Source: Actinomycetes bacterium
GTDB taxonomy: Bacteria; Actinomycetota; Acidimicrobiia; Acidimicrobiales; RAAP-2
Reading direction: 5' to 3'
DNA length: 64,000 nt
NCBI GenBank assembly: GCA_021846325.1
Contig: JAJZBX010000006.1
Location: forward strand, 13,841 to 77,840
Below the pieces are notes generated by a model. That model saw only the letters and a list, made by a program, of their open reading frames with translations. It ran no database searches and was not told the origin of the DNA. Below, in pieces: positions 16,596-25,818 of the stretch. Each line of letters opens with the position of its first letter. The first letter of the stretch is position 1. Position numbers and translations under genes: made by a program.

Positions 16596-17012
16596 CTACT
16601 TCTTGGTCGCCCAGAAGATCTCGGCGATGGCGTCAATCTCGCTCAGCAGTCGATCGGCCACCACGGGGTCGTTGGTTTTCTTCGCGTCGCCGGCTGACTT
16701 CGTCGCCATCCAAAAGAGGTCGTGCAAGTTGGGGAACGCCTTCAAGTGGTCGACCTTGAAGTAGTCGGTCCACAGCACCCACAGGTGGTGCTTCACGAGT
16801 TCGCAACGCTCCTCCTTGATGAGTGTGGCGCGCACCTTGAAGTCGGCGTCGCTCGAGGCGTTGTACTTCTCCATGACCGCCTTGACCGACTGCGCCTCAA
16901 TGCGCGCCTGGGCGGGGTCGTAAACCCCACACGGCAGGTCGCAGTGGGCGAAGACCGGCAGCGGGGCGCGGTGGGCGTCGAGCACAGCGCTGAGACGGGA
17001 GACGAGAGACAT
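16596..17012 (-). CDS. sodN: Nickel superoxide dismutase precursor
   Basis: Ni-hook HCDLPCGVYDP after a 22-aa leader; KEERCELVKHHLWVLWTDYFK. Confidence 0.97.
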   Translation of the reverse strand: MSLVSRLSAVLDAHRAPLPVFAHCDLPCGVYDPAQARIEAQSVKAVMEKYNASSDADFKVRATLIKEERCELVKHHLWVLWTDYFKVDHLKAFPNLHDLFWMATKSAGDAKKTNDPVVADRLLSEIDAIAEIFWATKK

Positions 17013-17101
17013 GGTCAACCTTTCGAGGACGGGCACCCGGGAGGTGCGTTTCGTTGGTACTGCTTGGCAGGTTAGTCAGTTCGTTCCGATATCGTTCGCA
17101 C

Positions 17102-17407
17102 GTGGCCCAGTTCCTCAGCGTGTTCCTGCGCCGGGTCACGGTGGTTGGCGACTCGATGACGCCGACGTACCGAGCCGGAACTCGGCTGCTCGCCGTGCGC
17201 CGGTGGCGCCGGGTGCGTATCGGCGACGTCGTCGTGGTCGCCGATCCGCGCGACGCACGGCGCTGGCTGCTCAAGCGATGCGTCGCGCGCGACGGGTCTC
17301 ACCTCGACCTGCGCGGCGACAACGCCGAGGCATCGACCGACTCGCGCGACTTCGGACTCGTCGACGAGGGCCAGGTGCGCTGGCTCGTCCCGCGACGCCA
17401 GTCGTAG
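17102..17407 (+). CDS. sodX: Ni-SOD maturation protease (S26)
   Basis: VVGDSMTP, WLLKR, LRGDNAEASTDSRDFG; divergent from sodN. Confidence 0.9.
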   Translation: MAQFLSVFLRRVTVVGDSMTPTYRAGTRLLAVRRWRRVRIGDVVVVADPRDARRWLLKRCVARDGSHLDLRGDNAEASTDSRDFGLVDEGQVRWLVPRRQS

Positions 17408-17427
17408 GGCCCGATCAGGACCGCCGG

Positions 17428-17433
17428 TAGGCT
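17428..17433 (+). promoter_or_regulatory. -10 (TAGGCT) of leaderless mshA
   Basis: TANNNT exactly 6 nt before the ATG. Confidence 0.6.
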
Positions 17434-17439
17434 GAGCCC

Positions 17440-18657
17440 ATGGCCCGGCTCGCCGTTCTCTCCTACCACACGTCGCCGCTCGCCCAGCCGGGGACCGGCG
17501 ACGGCGGTGGCATGAACGTGTACGTGCGCGAGCTCTCCAGTGCGCTGGCTCGACTCGGCCACGAGGTTGACGTCTTCACCCGGCGCGACAGTGCCCACGT
17601 ACGCGACTCGGTGCTCGTCGAACCGGGCTTTCGACTCCACCACGTGACCGCCGGACCCGCGGCGCCACTGGATCGTCACGACTTCGCGCGACACGTTGAC
17701 GCGTTCGCCGACGCGGTCGCGGCCTCGTTTCGCTGTTCGGGACGCCCCGACGCGATCCACGCGAACTACTGGCTGAGCGGGCTCGCCGGCCACCGGCTCA
17801 AACACGAGCTCGACGTGCCGCTGGTGGTGACCTTTCACACCCTCGAACGCGTGAAGGCCGACCACTTCGAACCCGAGTCCGACGAGCGGGCCCGTCAAGA
17901 AGCGTCGATCATCGCCTGCGCCGACGCGGTGCTGGCCAGCTGCGAGGTGGAGGCCGAGCAGTTCGTGCGCTACTACGACGCCTCACCGTCGCGCGTGCAC
18001 ATCGTGCCACTCGGCGTGCAGCACGCCTTCTTTGCCCCGGGCCACCGGCCCCAGGCCCGTCGCGCCCTGGGTCTCGACCCCGCGTCAACGCTCCTGCTCT
18101 ACGTCGGACGTCTGCAGGCGCTCAAGGGAGTCGATCTCGCGCTCGAGACCCTGATCGAGTCGCGCCGGCGCGGTCGCGCGGCGACCCTCGCCATCGTCGG
18201 CGGTCCGTCGGGTCGCGACGGTCGGGCCACGTTGGCGTATCTGCACCAACGAGTCGCCGACGCCGGCGTGATCGACCACGTCACGTTCGTCGCGCCCCAG
18301 AGCCACCAGTTACTGTCCTCGTGGATGCGCGCGGCCGACGTGACGCTCGTACCGTCGCGGTCCGAAAGCTTCGGACTGGTCGCGCTGGAGTCGTCGGCCT
18401 GCGGAACGCCAGTCATCGCGAGCGAGGTCGGGGGACTCACCAATCTCGTCGAGCCGGGTGTGAATGGCTTGCTGGTGTCGGACCGGGCGCCGGCGGCGTG
18501 GGCCGACGCGGTCGACCACGTCCTCGACGCTGATCGGGCACTCGCCCTCGCCAGTGGCGCGGTGCTGCTGGCGAGGCGCTACACGTGGCGCGCCGCGGCC
18601 GAAGAGCTGACGGCCCTGACGGACTCACTCGCGGCGTCGGGCCTCGTGCACTGCTAG
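17440..18657 (+). CDS. mshA: D-inositol-3-phosphate glycosyltransferase (mycothiol biosynthesis)
   Basis: HTSPLAQPGTGDGGGMNVYV, HANYWLSG, PSRSESFGLVALE. Confidence 0.92.
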   Translation: MARLAVLSYHTSPLAQPGTGDGGGMNVYVRELSSALARLGHEVDVFTRRDSAHVRDSVLVEPGFRLHHVTAGPAAPLDRHDFARHVDAFADAVAASFRCSGRPDAIHANYWLSGLAGHRLKHELDVPLVVTFHTLERVKADHFEPESDERARQEASIIACADAVLASCEVEAEQFVRYYDASPSRVHIVPLGVQHAFFAPGHRPQARRALGLDPASTLLLYVGRLQALKGVDLALETLIESRRRGRAATLAIVGGPSGRDGRATLAYLHQRVADAGVIDHVTFVAPQSHQLLSSWMRAADVTLVPSRSESFGLVALESSACGTPVIASEVGGLTNLVEPGVNGLLVSDRAPAAWADAVDHVLDADRALALASGAVLLARRYTWRAAAEELTALTDSLAASGLVHC

Positions 18658-19136
18658 TGGACCGATTCCCGATCGCCGACGCCGACGCCGCGTCGCGCCT
18701 CGGCGAACGACTGGCGTCGTGGGCGGCGCTCTGGCGCGCCGGCGCGCCCGTCGAGGTTGATCACGTTGCCGACGCCGACGCGCACGGTCACTTCCACTGG
18801 TTGGTGCGACTGCGCGGCGAGGAGAAGGACGTCGTCACGGTATGGGTGGCGCTGCGTCAGCGATCGGTACACGTGGAGACTGAAGTCGTTCCCGCTCCCG
18901 AGATCGGTCGTGAGGCGCTCTACCGGTACTGCCTCGTGCGCAACGCCGACCTGTGCGGCGTCCACCTCGCGATCGGGCCCGAGTCGGCGCTCTACCTGGT
19001 GACGACGATGCCGGTGGACGAGCTCACCGAGGCGCGCCTCGATGAGCTCATGGCGGCCATCGTTACCTACGTCGACGAGCTCTACCCGACGATGATGACG
19101 ATGGGCTTTGCCTGGTACCGACGCCGGGCCCGTTGA
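18657..19136 (+). CDS. YbjN / T3SS-chaperone-like protein
   Basis: WLVRLRGEEKD...VWVALRQRSVHVET; usual neighbour of mshA; GTG overlaps the mshA stop. Confidence 0.7.
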   Translation: MDRFPIADADAASRLGERLASWAALWRAGAPVEVDHVADADAHGHFHWLVRLRGEEKDVVTVWVALRQRSVHVETEVVPAPEIGREALYRYCLVRNADLCGVHLAIGPESALYLVTTMPVDELTEARLDELMAAIVTYVDELYPTMMTMGFAWYRRRAR

Positions 19137-19147
19137 CGATCGGGCGG

Positions 19148-19153
19148 TAGCGT
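19148..19153 (+). promoter_or_regulatory. -10 (TAGCGT) of leaderless proC
   Basis: TANNNT-N6-ATG. Confidence 0.6.
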
Positions 19154-19159
19154 GCAGTC

Positions 19160-19966
19160 ATGTCCTATGACCTGGTAATCGTCGGCGGCGGCAAGATGGG
19201 ATCCGCCCTGGCCGAGGGTCTGCTGCGCGCCGCGTGGTGTCCCGCCGAACGCCTGTGCGTGGTTGACCACACCGCGAGCACGCGCGAATCGCTCCACGAC
19301 CGATTGGCCGGCGTCGCGGTGCTCGCCGCTCTCGAGTTGGGCGATGTCGAGGAGGGCACCGGTGCGTTGCTCTGCGTCAAGCCCGACCACGCCGAGTCGG
19401 TGGCGCGCATGCTCGGCGCACTGGGGGTGAGGCGACTGCTGTCGGTCGTCGCCGGTTTGACCACGGCGCGCATCGAAGCCGCCATGGGCGAGCCCGTGGC
19501 CGTCGTGCGCTCGATGCCCAACACGCCGGTGCTCGTCGGCCGGGGGGTGAGCGCCATCGCCGGTGGTGCCCACGTCACCGCCGACGACCTCGCGTGGGCC
19601 GAGTCGATCCTCGGCGCGGTGGGCACGGTGGTGCGCGTGAGCGAACGCAACCTCGACGCGGTGACCGGTCTCTCGGGGCCGATGCCGGCCTACCTCTATC
19701 TCGTCGTCGAGGCGCTGATCGAGGCCGGGGTTCATCAGGGCCTCCCGCGCGCCGTGGCGCGCACGTTGGTGATCGACAGTTTCGACGGCTCGGCGGCGCT
19801 GTTAAAGGCGACCGGCGCGTCGCCCGAGGAACTGCGGGCCCAGGTGACCTCGCCGGGTGGCACGACCGCGGCCGGGTTGCGAGCCCTGGAGAACCACGCG
19901 GTGCGCGCCGCCTTTCTCGACGCCGTAGCGGCCGCCGCCGAGCGCAGCCGGCAACTCGGTCGGTAG
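19160..19966 (+). CDS. proC: Pyrroline-5-carboxylate reductase
   Basis: GGGKMG, RSMPNTP, TGLSGPMPAY, VTSPGGTT. Confidence 0.96.
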   Translation: MSYDLVIVGGGKMGSALAEGLLRAAWCPAERLCVVDHTASTRESLHDRLAGVAVLAALELGDVEEGTGALLCVKPDHAESVARMLGALGVRRLLSVVAGLTTARIEAAMGEPVAVVRSMPNTPVLVGRGVSAIAGGAHVTADDLAWAESILGAVGTVVRVSERNLDAVTGLSGPMPAYLYLVVEALIEAGVHQGLPRAVARTLVIDSFDGSAALLKATGASPEELRAQVTSPGGTTAAGLRALENHAVRAAFLDAVAAAAERSRQLGR

Positions 19967-19974
19967 GCCTCTTG

Positions 19975-19980
19975 TAGCGT
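19975..19980 (+). promoter_or_regulatory. -10 (TAGCGT) of leaderless rex
   Basis: TANNNT-N6-ATG. Confidence 0.6.
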
Positions 19981-19986
19981 AGTGGG

Positions 19987-20700
19987 ATGACGACCTCTCG
20001 GCTCCGTCGGCGCAAGCTCTCCGAGCCGACCATCGCGCGACTGCCCATCTACCAGCGCGTCGTCGAAGAGGTGATCGTGGGCGGTCGAGCGCGGATCGAC
20101 TCGGTGGAGCTCGGGACGCGCGCCGGGGTGACCGCGACCACCGTGCGCCGCGACCTCGCCGGACTGGGCACCCTGGGCACGCGGGGCGCGGGTTATGACG
20201 CCGCGGTGCTGCAGTCGTGCATCGGCGAAGCGCTCGGGCACGACCGCGACTGCGACGTCGTGGTCATCGGTCTGGGCAACCTCGGCCGAGCCCTCGTCAA
20301 CTCCTCGGGATTCCTCACCCGCGGCGCGCGCTTGATCGGTCTCTACGACGTCGACGACGCGGTCATCGGCAAGGTGATCGCCGGTCACGTGGTGCAATCC
20401 ATCCACGAGCTCGCCACCGCCAGCGTGGCCGTGCTCTGCGTTCCCGCGTCGGCCGCCCAGGCCGTCGCCGACCGCTGCGTCGAGGCCCAAATCCACGCCC
20501 TGCTCAACTTCGCGCCCCAGGTCCTGAGCGTTCCCCTCGGCACCGCGGTGCACGACGTGGACCTCTCGATCGAGCTCCAGGTGCTGCTCTATCACCTGCA
20601 CAACGGCACGGGGCCCCTGGGTGGTGGGCTGCTGCACTCGCTGGCCGTTGGTGCGTCGGGGTTAGCGGGCTCGTCGGCCCGGGAGGAACCGTGGCGCTGA
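19987..20700 (+). CDS. rex: Redox-sensing transcriptional repressor Rex
   Basis: TIARLPIY...VRRDLAGLGTLGTRGAGY, IGLGNLGRAL, LNFAP. Confidence 0.95.
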   Translation: MTTSRLRRRKLSEPTIARLPIYQRVVEEVIVGGRARIDSVELGTRAGVTATTVRRDLAGLGTLGTRGAGYDAAVLQSCIGEALGHDRDCDVVVIGLGNLGRALVNSSGFLTRGARLIGLYDVDDAVIGKVIAGHVVQSIHELATASVAVLCVPASAAQAVADRCVEAQIHALLNFAPQVLSVPLGTAVHDVDLSIELQVLLYHLHNGTGPLGGGLLHSLAVGASGLAGSSAREEPWR

Positions 20701-21953
20701 TCGCGGTCGGGGTCAACCACGAGCACGCCTCGCTCGACTTCCTCGAGCGCGCGACGGTTCCCGAACACGAGTGGAGCAAGGTGCTGCGCTCGCTCGTGAG
20801 CCACCGCAACATTCACGAGGCGGTCTTTCTCTCAACGTGCCTACGCACCGAGGTCATCGCTGACATCGACTTCTTCCACGGCGCGATCGAGGACGTCACG
20901 AACACCCTGGCGAACGCGACGGGGATCGACGCCGTCGAGTTCGCCGATGTGCTGAGCGTGCATTTCGACCGAGGCGTCGTCGCGCACCTGATGCGCGTCG
21001 CCGCGGGCCTGCACTCACTGGTACCGGGTGAGTTCGAGATCCTCGGCCAGCTGCGTCGGGCACTGGAATTGGCCGACGAGGAGCACACCGCTGGCGCCGA
21101 ACTGCGCGAACTCTTCCATCGGGCCGTCGCGACCGGTCGGCGCGTGCGCGCCGAGACCGCGATCGCGCGCGGCACGACCAGCTTCGCCTTCGCGGCCGTG
21201 GCCTTGGCGCTCGAGGAACTCGGCGACGAACTCGCCGGCGCCGACGTCACCGTGGTCGGCGCTGGCCAGTTGGGAACCGGCGTCGTGAAGGCGCTGGTTG
21301 GTCTGAAGCCGGCGGTGGGTCGCGTGACGGTGCTCAATCGATCGCGCGAGCGCGCCGCCGAGCTGGTCAGGGCCGTCGGGGACGCGCGCGTGGTGCTCGC
21401 TGAGTTCGACCAACTCGCCGACCGCGTCGCCGGCTCGCGGCTCGCGATTGTCGCCATCGAAACGCCGACGCCCGTTCTTACGCGCGCCGACCTCGCCGGA
21501 GCGACCGGCCCGGTGCTGGTGATCGACCTTGGTATTCCGCGGGCCATCGAATCGACCGTGGCGGAGTTGGCGGGCGTGCGGCGACTCGACATGGAGACGC
21601 TGCGCTCGCGCATCGACCGCGTGCTCGACGAGCGTCACGAGGCCATCGACGAGGCCCGTCGCCTGGTGGACGCCGACGTCGAACGCTTCGTCGCGGACCG
21701 GCGGGCCCGGGGTGCCGCCGGAATCGTGCGCGAACTTCGCGAGCACTTCGACGACGTCATCGACGCCGAACTGCGGCGACGAGTTGGCGACCTCGCCGCC
21801 TTCGACGAGGGGCAGCGCGCGATCGTGGAGTCGATCGTTCGTTCGGCGGTGGCCAAGTTAGCCCACCGTCCAACGGTGAACCTCAAGGAGACCGCCGGCA
21901 CCGATCACGGGGTTCGCCTGGCCGACGCCACCCGAGCGCTGTTCGGCCTATGA
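20691..21953 (+). CDS. hemA: Glutamyl-tRNA reductase
   Basis: VGVNHEHAS, STCLRTE, GEFEILGQ, GAGQLG; start overlaps the rex stop. Confidence 0.93.
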   Translation: MALIAVGVNHEHASLDFLERATVPEHEWSKVLRSLVSHRNIHEAVFLSTCLRTEVIADIDFFHGAIEDVTNTLANATGIDAVEFADVLSVHFDRGVVAHLMRVAAGLHSLVPGEFEILGQLRRALELADEEHTAGAELRELFHRAVATGRRVRAETAIARGTTSFAFAAVALALEELGDELAGADVTVVGAGQLGTGVVKALVGLKPAVGRVTVLNRSRERAAELVRAVGDARVVLAEFDQLADRVAGSRLAIVAIETPTPVLTRADLAGATGPVLVIDLGIPRAIESTVAELAGVRRLDMETLRSRIDRVLDERHEAIDEARRLVDADVERFVADRRARGAAGIVRELREHFDDVIDAELRRRVGDLAAFDEGQRAIVESIVRSAVAKLAHRPTVNLKETAGTDHGVRLADATRALFGL

Positions 21954-22849
21954 GCGAGTTGCGCCTCGCGACGCGCCGCTCACCCCTCGCCGTCGCCCAA
22001 GCCGAATCGGTGCGTGACCGACTGGCCGACTTGGGCGTGACGAGTCGTCTGGTCACGCTCGAAACCAGGGGCGATCGACAGCTCGACGAGTCACTCGTGA
22101 CCCTCGGGGGTCAGGGCGTCTTCGCGCTCGAGGTCCAGCGTGCGGTGCTCGTCGGCGAGGCCGACGTCGCGGTTCACAGTGCCAAGGACCTGCCGTCGAG
22201 CACGCCGGGGGACTTGGCGTTGGTGTGCGTGCCCGAGCGCCGCGACGCCGCCGACGTCCTCGTGGGGCGTTCGCTCGCCGGGCTCGGACCGGGAGCGACC
22301 GTGGCGACCGGTTCGCCGCGACGCCGGGCGCTACTGCTCGAGCGGCGTCCCGATCTGCACGTGGTGAATCTGCGCGGCAACATGGCTCGTCGACTCGCGG
22401 TTGCCGGGCGCGACGGCGTCGACGCCGTCGTCGCGGCGATGGCCGCGCTCGAGCGGCTCGGGGCCACCGAACTCGTCGCTGAGCGCCTCGATCCCGCGTG
22501 GTTCGTACCCCAGGTGGGCCAGGGTGCACTCGCCCTCGAGGTGCGCGCGGACGATGACGTGACGAGGACCCTGCTCGCGCCCATCAACGACGAGACGGCG
22601 TTGCGCGCGGTGACCGCCGAGCGCGCCTTTCTCGCCGAGCTGGGTGCGGGCTGCGCGGTTCCCGCCGGCGCCTACGCCGTCGTGAGCGGGGATCGGGTGA
22701 CGATCGCCGGCGTCATGCTTGAAGTCGACGGTGCCGCGAGCGTGCGCGCGTCGCGCACCGGCGTCGACGCGGTCGCCGTCGGCGGCGCCCTAGCGCGTTA
22801 CCTGCGCGACGACTGCGGCGCCGCCGCGTTCGCGGGCTGGGGAGCCTGA
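21950..22849 (+). CDS. hemC: Hydroxymethylbilane synthase
   Basis: ATRRSPLA, VHSAKDLP, TGSPRR, LRGN, LGAGC. Confidence 0.95.
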   Translation: MSELRLATRRSPLAVAQAESVRDRLADLGVTSRLVTLETRGDRQLDESLVTLGGQGVFALEVQRAVLVGEADVAVHSAKDLPSSTPGDLALVCVPERRDAADVLVGRSLAGLGPGATVATGSPRRRALLLERRPDLHVVNLRGNMARRLAVAGRDGVDAVVAAMAALERLGATELVAERLDPAWFVPQVGQGALALEVRADDDVTRTLLAPINDETALRAVTAERAFLAELGAGCAVPAGAYAVVSGDRVTIAGVMLEVDGAASVRASRTGVDAVAVGGALARYLRDDCGAAAFAGWGA

Positions 22850-23545
22850 GTGCTCGTCGTGGTTACGCGCGAGATCGGACGCAACCTCGGGCTACGCCGG
22901 TGGCTGCCCGATGACGCGACCATCGTCGAGGCGCCGCTGACCGAGACTCGATACCGTCCACCCGAGGACGTCAACGCCGATCTCGCGCGGGCGAGCGGGT
23001 CGGGCCGTTTCGCGGCGCTGGTCGTGACCAGCGCACGCGCGATCGGCTACGTGCGCGCCGCGTTGACGGTGTGCTCGCGCGAGGTGCTGGTCTGGTCGGT
23101 CGGTCCCGTCACGACCCGATCGCTCGCTGAGCTCGGTGTGGCAGTGGCGGGGGAGGCGCCGTCGGCCAGCGCGCTCGCCGCGCGGATCGAGTACGGACCG
23201 GTCTTGCAACTCGGCGCCCGCGTGACGCGCCACGAGTTGCGCGATCAGTTGACCCAACGGGGGATCGCGAGTTGCTCGGTCGCCTGTTATGAGACGGTTG
23301 GCCTCGCGCCGTCGCGCGAGGTTCGCTCGCTGCTCGCGCGCGCCGACGTTGTTGTCATCGGCGCGCCTTCGGCGTGGACCGTGGCGCGAGACGTCGTCAC
23401 GCGCGACGCGTGGGTGGTGGTGCCCGGCGCGACGACGCGAGACGTGGTTCAGGCCGACCACGAACGCGTCCTCGTCGGCTGGAACGAGGCGACGGGCCAG
23501 CGCCTCGCCGAGCTCGCCGACGAACGCGGTTCGCGGGGCCGGTAA
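22850..23545 (+). CDS. hemD: Uroporphyrinogen-III synthase
   Basis: VVTR..., VTSARAI, VGPVT, CYET; lies between hemC and hemB. Confidence 0.8.
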   Translation: MLVVVTREIGRNLGLRRWLPDDATIVEAPLTETRYRPPEDVNADLARASGSGRFAALVVTSARAIGYVRAALTVCSREVLVWSVGPVTTRSLAELGVAVAGEAPSASALAARIEYGPVLQLGARVTRHELRDQLTQRGIASCSVACYETVGLAPSREVRSLLARADVVVIGAPSAWTVARDVVTRDAWVVVPGATTRDVVQADHERVLVGWNEATGQRLAELADERGSRGR

Positions 23546-23551
23546 TAGGCT
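23546..23551 (+). promoter_or_regulatory. -10 (TAGGCT) of leaderless hemB
   Basis: TANNNT-N6-GTG. Confidence 0.55.
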
Positions 23552-23557
23552 CGCTAC

Positions 23558-24535
23558 GTGTTTCCCACCGAGCGGCTCCGACGGCTGCGCCGCACCGCGG
23601 CGCTTCGCCAGCTCGTCGCTGAGACGACCCTTCGCCCCAACGACCTCGTCGCGCCGCTGTTCGTCGCTGAGGGTCGTGACCGGCCCTGGCCGATTCCGTC
23701 ACTGCCCGACCAGTTCCAACACACGGTGGCGTCGTTGCTCGACGAGGTGCGCCACCTGCGAGACGTCGGCGCCGGGGGTGTCATCCTCTTCGGCGTGCCA
23801 TCGGTGAAGGACGAGGTCGGCAGCGCCGCCTACGATCCGAACGGGATCGTGCAGGTGGCCCTGCGCGCGGTGCGCGACGCGGTCGGTGAGGACCTGGTGG
23901 TGATGGCCGATCTCTGCCTCGACGAGTACACCACCCACGGACACTGCGGCGTCGTGCGTGACGGCGCCGTGGACAATGACGCGACCCTGCCGCTCTACGC
24001 GCGCACGGCCGTCGAACAGGCGCGCGCGGGGGCCGCGGTCGTGGCGCCGAGCGGCATGATGGATGGTCAGGTGGCCGCGATCCGCAGCGCACTCGACGGG
24101 GCCGGTTTCACCGATACGGTTATCCTCGCCTACAGCGCCAAGTACGCCAGTGGCCTCTACGGTCCCTTCCGCGACGCCGTCGACGTACGCATCGCCGACG
24201 GCGGTGATCGGCGTGGCTACCAGCAGGACTCGCGTAATCGACGCGAGGCGCTGCGCGAGGCGCGCGCCGACGTCGCCGAGGGCGCCGACATCGTCATGGT
24301 CAAGCCGGCACTGACGTACCTCGACGTCTTGGCCGACCTGCGACGCGAGCTCGACGTGCCCCTGGCGGCGTATCACGTCAGCGGTGAGTACGCGATGGTG
24401 AAGGCCGCGGCGGCGAACGGCTGGATCGACGGTGTGGCGGTCGCGATCGAGCAGCTCACGGCGGTTCGCCGCGCCGGGGCCGACTTCGTGCTCACCTACT
24501 TCGCGGGCGAGGTCGCTCGGGAGCTCCAGCGATGA
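23558..24535 (+). CDS. hemB: Delta-aminolevulinate dehydratase (Zn type)
   Basis: CLDEYTTHGHCG, SGMMDG, MVKPA, YHVSGEY. Confidence 0.97.
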   Translation: MFPTERLRRLRRTAALRQLVAETTLRPNDLVAPLFVAEGRDRPWPIPSLPDQFQHTVASLLDEVRHLRDVGAGGVILFGVPSVKDEVGSAAYDPNGIVQVALRAVRDAVGEDLVVMADLCLDEYTTHGHCGVVRDGAVDNDATLPLYARTAVEQARAGAAVVAPSGMMDGQVAAIRSALDGAGFTDTVILAYSAKYASGLYGPFRDAVDVRIADGGDRRGYQQDSRNRREALREARADVAEGADIVMVKPALTYLDVLADLRRELDVPLAAYHVSGEYAMVKAAAANGWIDGVAVAIEQLTAVRRAGADFVLTYFAGEVARELQR

Positions 24536-25818
24536 GCGGCACCAATCAGTCGTGGTTCGATCGGGCCCGGCGCGTGATTCCCGGCGGGGTGGACTCGCCG
24601 GTGCGCAGCTTTCGATCGGTCGGCGGTACCCCGTACACGGTGGTGCGCGGCGAGGGGGCCTACGTTGAGGACGTCGAGGGGCATCGGTACCTCGACTTCG
24701 TGCAGTCCTACGGTGCGTCGCTGCTCGGCCACGCCCACCCCGCCGTGGTCCAGGCCCTTCGCGAACAGGCCGGTCGTGGCACGACCTTTGGCGCGCCGAC
24801 CCCGGGCGAGGTCCGCCTCGCCGAGCTGATGACCGACCGGGTACCCGGGCTCGAACAGATTCGCCTCGTCTCCTCGGGTACCGAGGCGGTGATGAGTGCG
24901 GTTCGCCTCGCTCGCGGGGCGACCGGGCGCAGTCGCGTCGTCAAGTTCGACGGCTGCTACCACGGCCACTCCGACGCGCTGCTCGTCGCCGGCGGCAGTG
25001 GTGTGGCCCAGCTCGGCCTGCCCGGCTCGGCCGGCGTGACGGCCGGCGCGGTGACCGACACCGTCGTGGCGCCCTACAACGAGGTACCCGACCTCGACGA
25101 GACGATCGCCGCGGTGCTGGTCGAGCCGGTGGCGGCCAACATGAACTTGGTCGCTCCGCGCGATTCGTTCCTCGCCGACTTGCGCGCCGCCTGTGATCGG
25201 GTGGGAGCCCTGCTCATCTTCGACGAGGTGATCACCGGCTTTCGCCTCGGCCCGGCCGGCGCCTCGGCCCACTACGGCGTGGCGCCGGACCTGTGGTGCT
25301 TCGGCAAGGTGATCGGTGGGGGACTGCCCGTGGGCGCCTTTGGCGGTTCGGCGACACTGCTCGCCTCGCTCGCCCCCGACGGGCCCGTGTACCAGGCGGG
25401 GACGCTCTCGGGCAACCCACTGGCGACCGCGGCCGGCTCGACCGTGCTCGAGCTCGTGACCCTCAGCGACTACGACGACTTGAGCGCTCGCGTCGGACGC
25501 TTCGCCAACGACCTGCGCGACGCGATCACCGGGGCCGGACTCTACGCCGAGACGCCCCGCGTCGGACCGCTCGTGGGTCTCTACGTCGCGCGCGAGCCCT
25601 TTGTGGCGCCGACGAACTTTACCGAGTCCAAGGTGATTGGTGAGAACGGACTCTACCCGAGCTTCTTTCACGCGATGCTCGAACGAGGCGTGGCGCTGGC
25701 GCCGGGCGCCTACGAGATCCTCTTTGTCTCGATGGCTCACGGCGACGCCGAGCTGGCTCGCGCGGTGTCGGCCGCCGGATCGGCCGCGGCCGAGATCGCC
25801 GGAGGCGACGGGGCGTGA
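24532..25818 (+). CDS. hemL: Glutamate-1-semialdehyde 2,1-aminomutase
   Basis: IPGGVDSPVR, SSGTEA, YHGHSD, FDEVITGFR, GKVIGGGLP, GTLSGNP. Confidence 0.97.
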   Translation: MSGTNQSWFDRARRVIPGGVDSPVRSFRSVGGTPYTVVRGEGAYVEDVEGHRYLDFVQSYGASLLGHAHPAVVQALREQAGRGTTFGAPTPGEVRLAELMTDRVPGLEQIRLVSSGTEAVMSAVRLARGATGRSRVVKFDGCYHGHSDALLVAGGSGVAQLGLPGSAGVTAGAVTDTVVAPYNEVPDLDETIAAVLVEPVAANMNLVAPRDSFLADLRAACDRVGALLIFDEVITGFRLGPAGASAHYGVAPDLWCFGKVIGGGLPVGAFGGSATLLASLAPDGPVYQAGTLSGNPLATAAGSTVLELVTLSDYDDLSARVGRFANDLRDAITGAGLYAETPRVGPLVGLYVAREPFVAPTNFTESKVIGENGLYPSFFHAMLERGVALAPGAYEILFVSMAHGDAELARAVSAAGSAAAEIAGGDGA

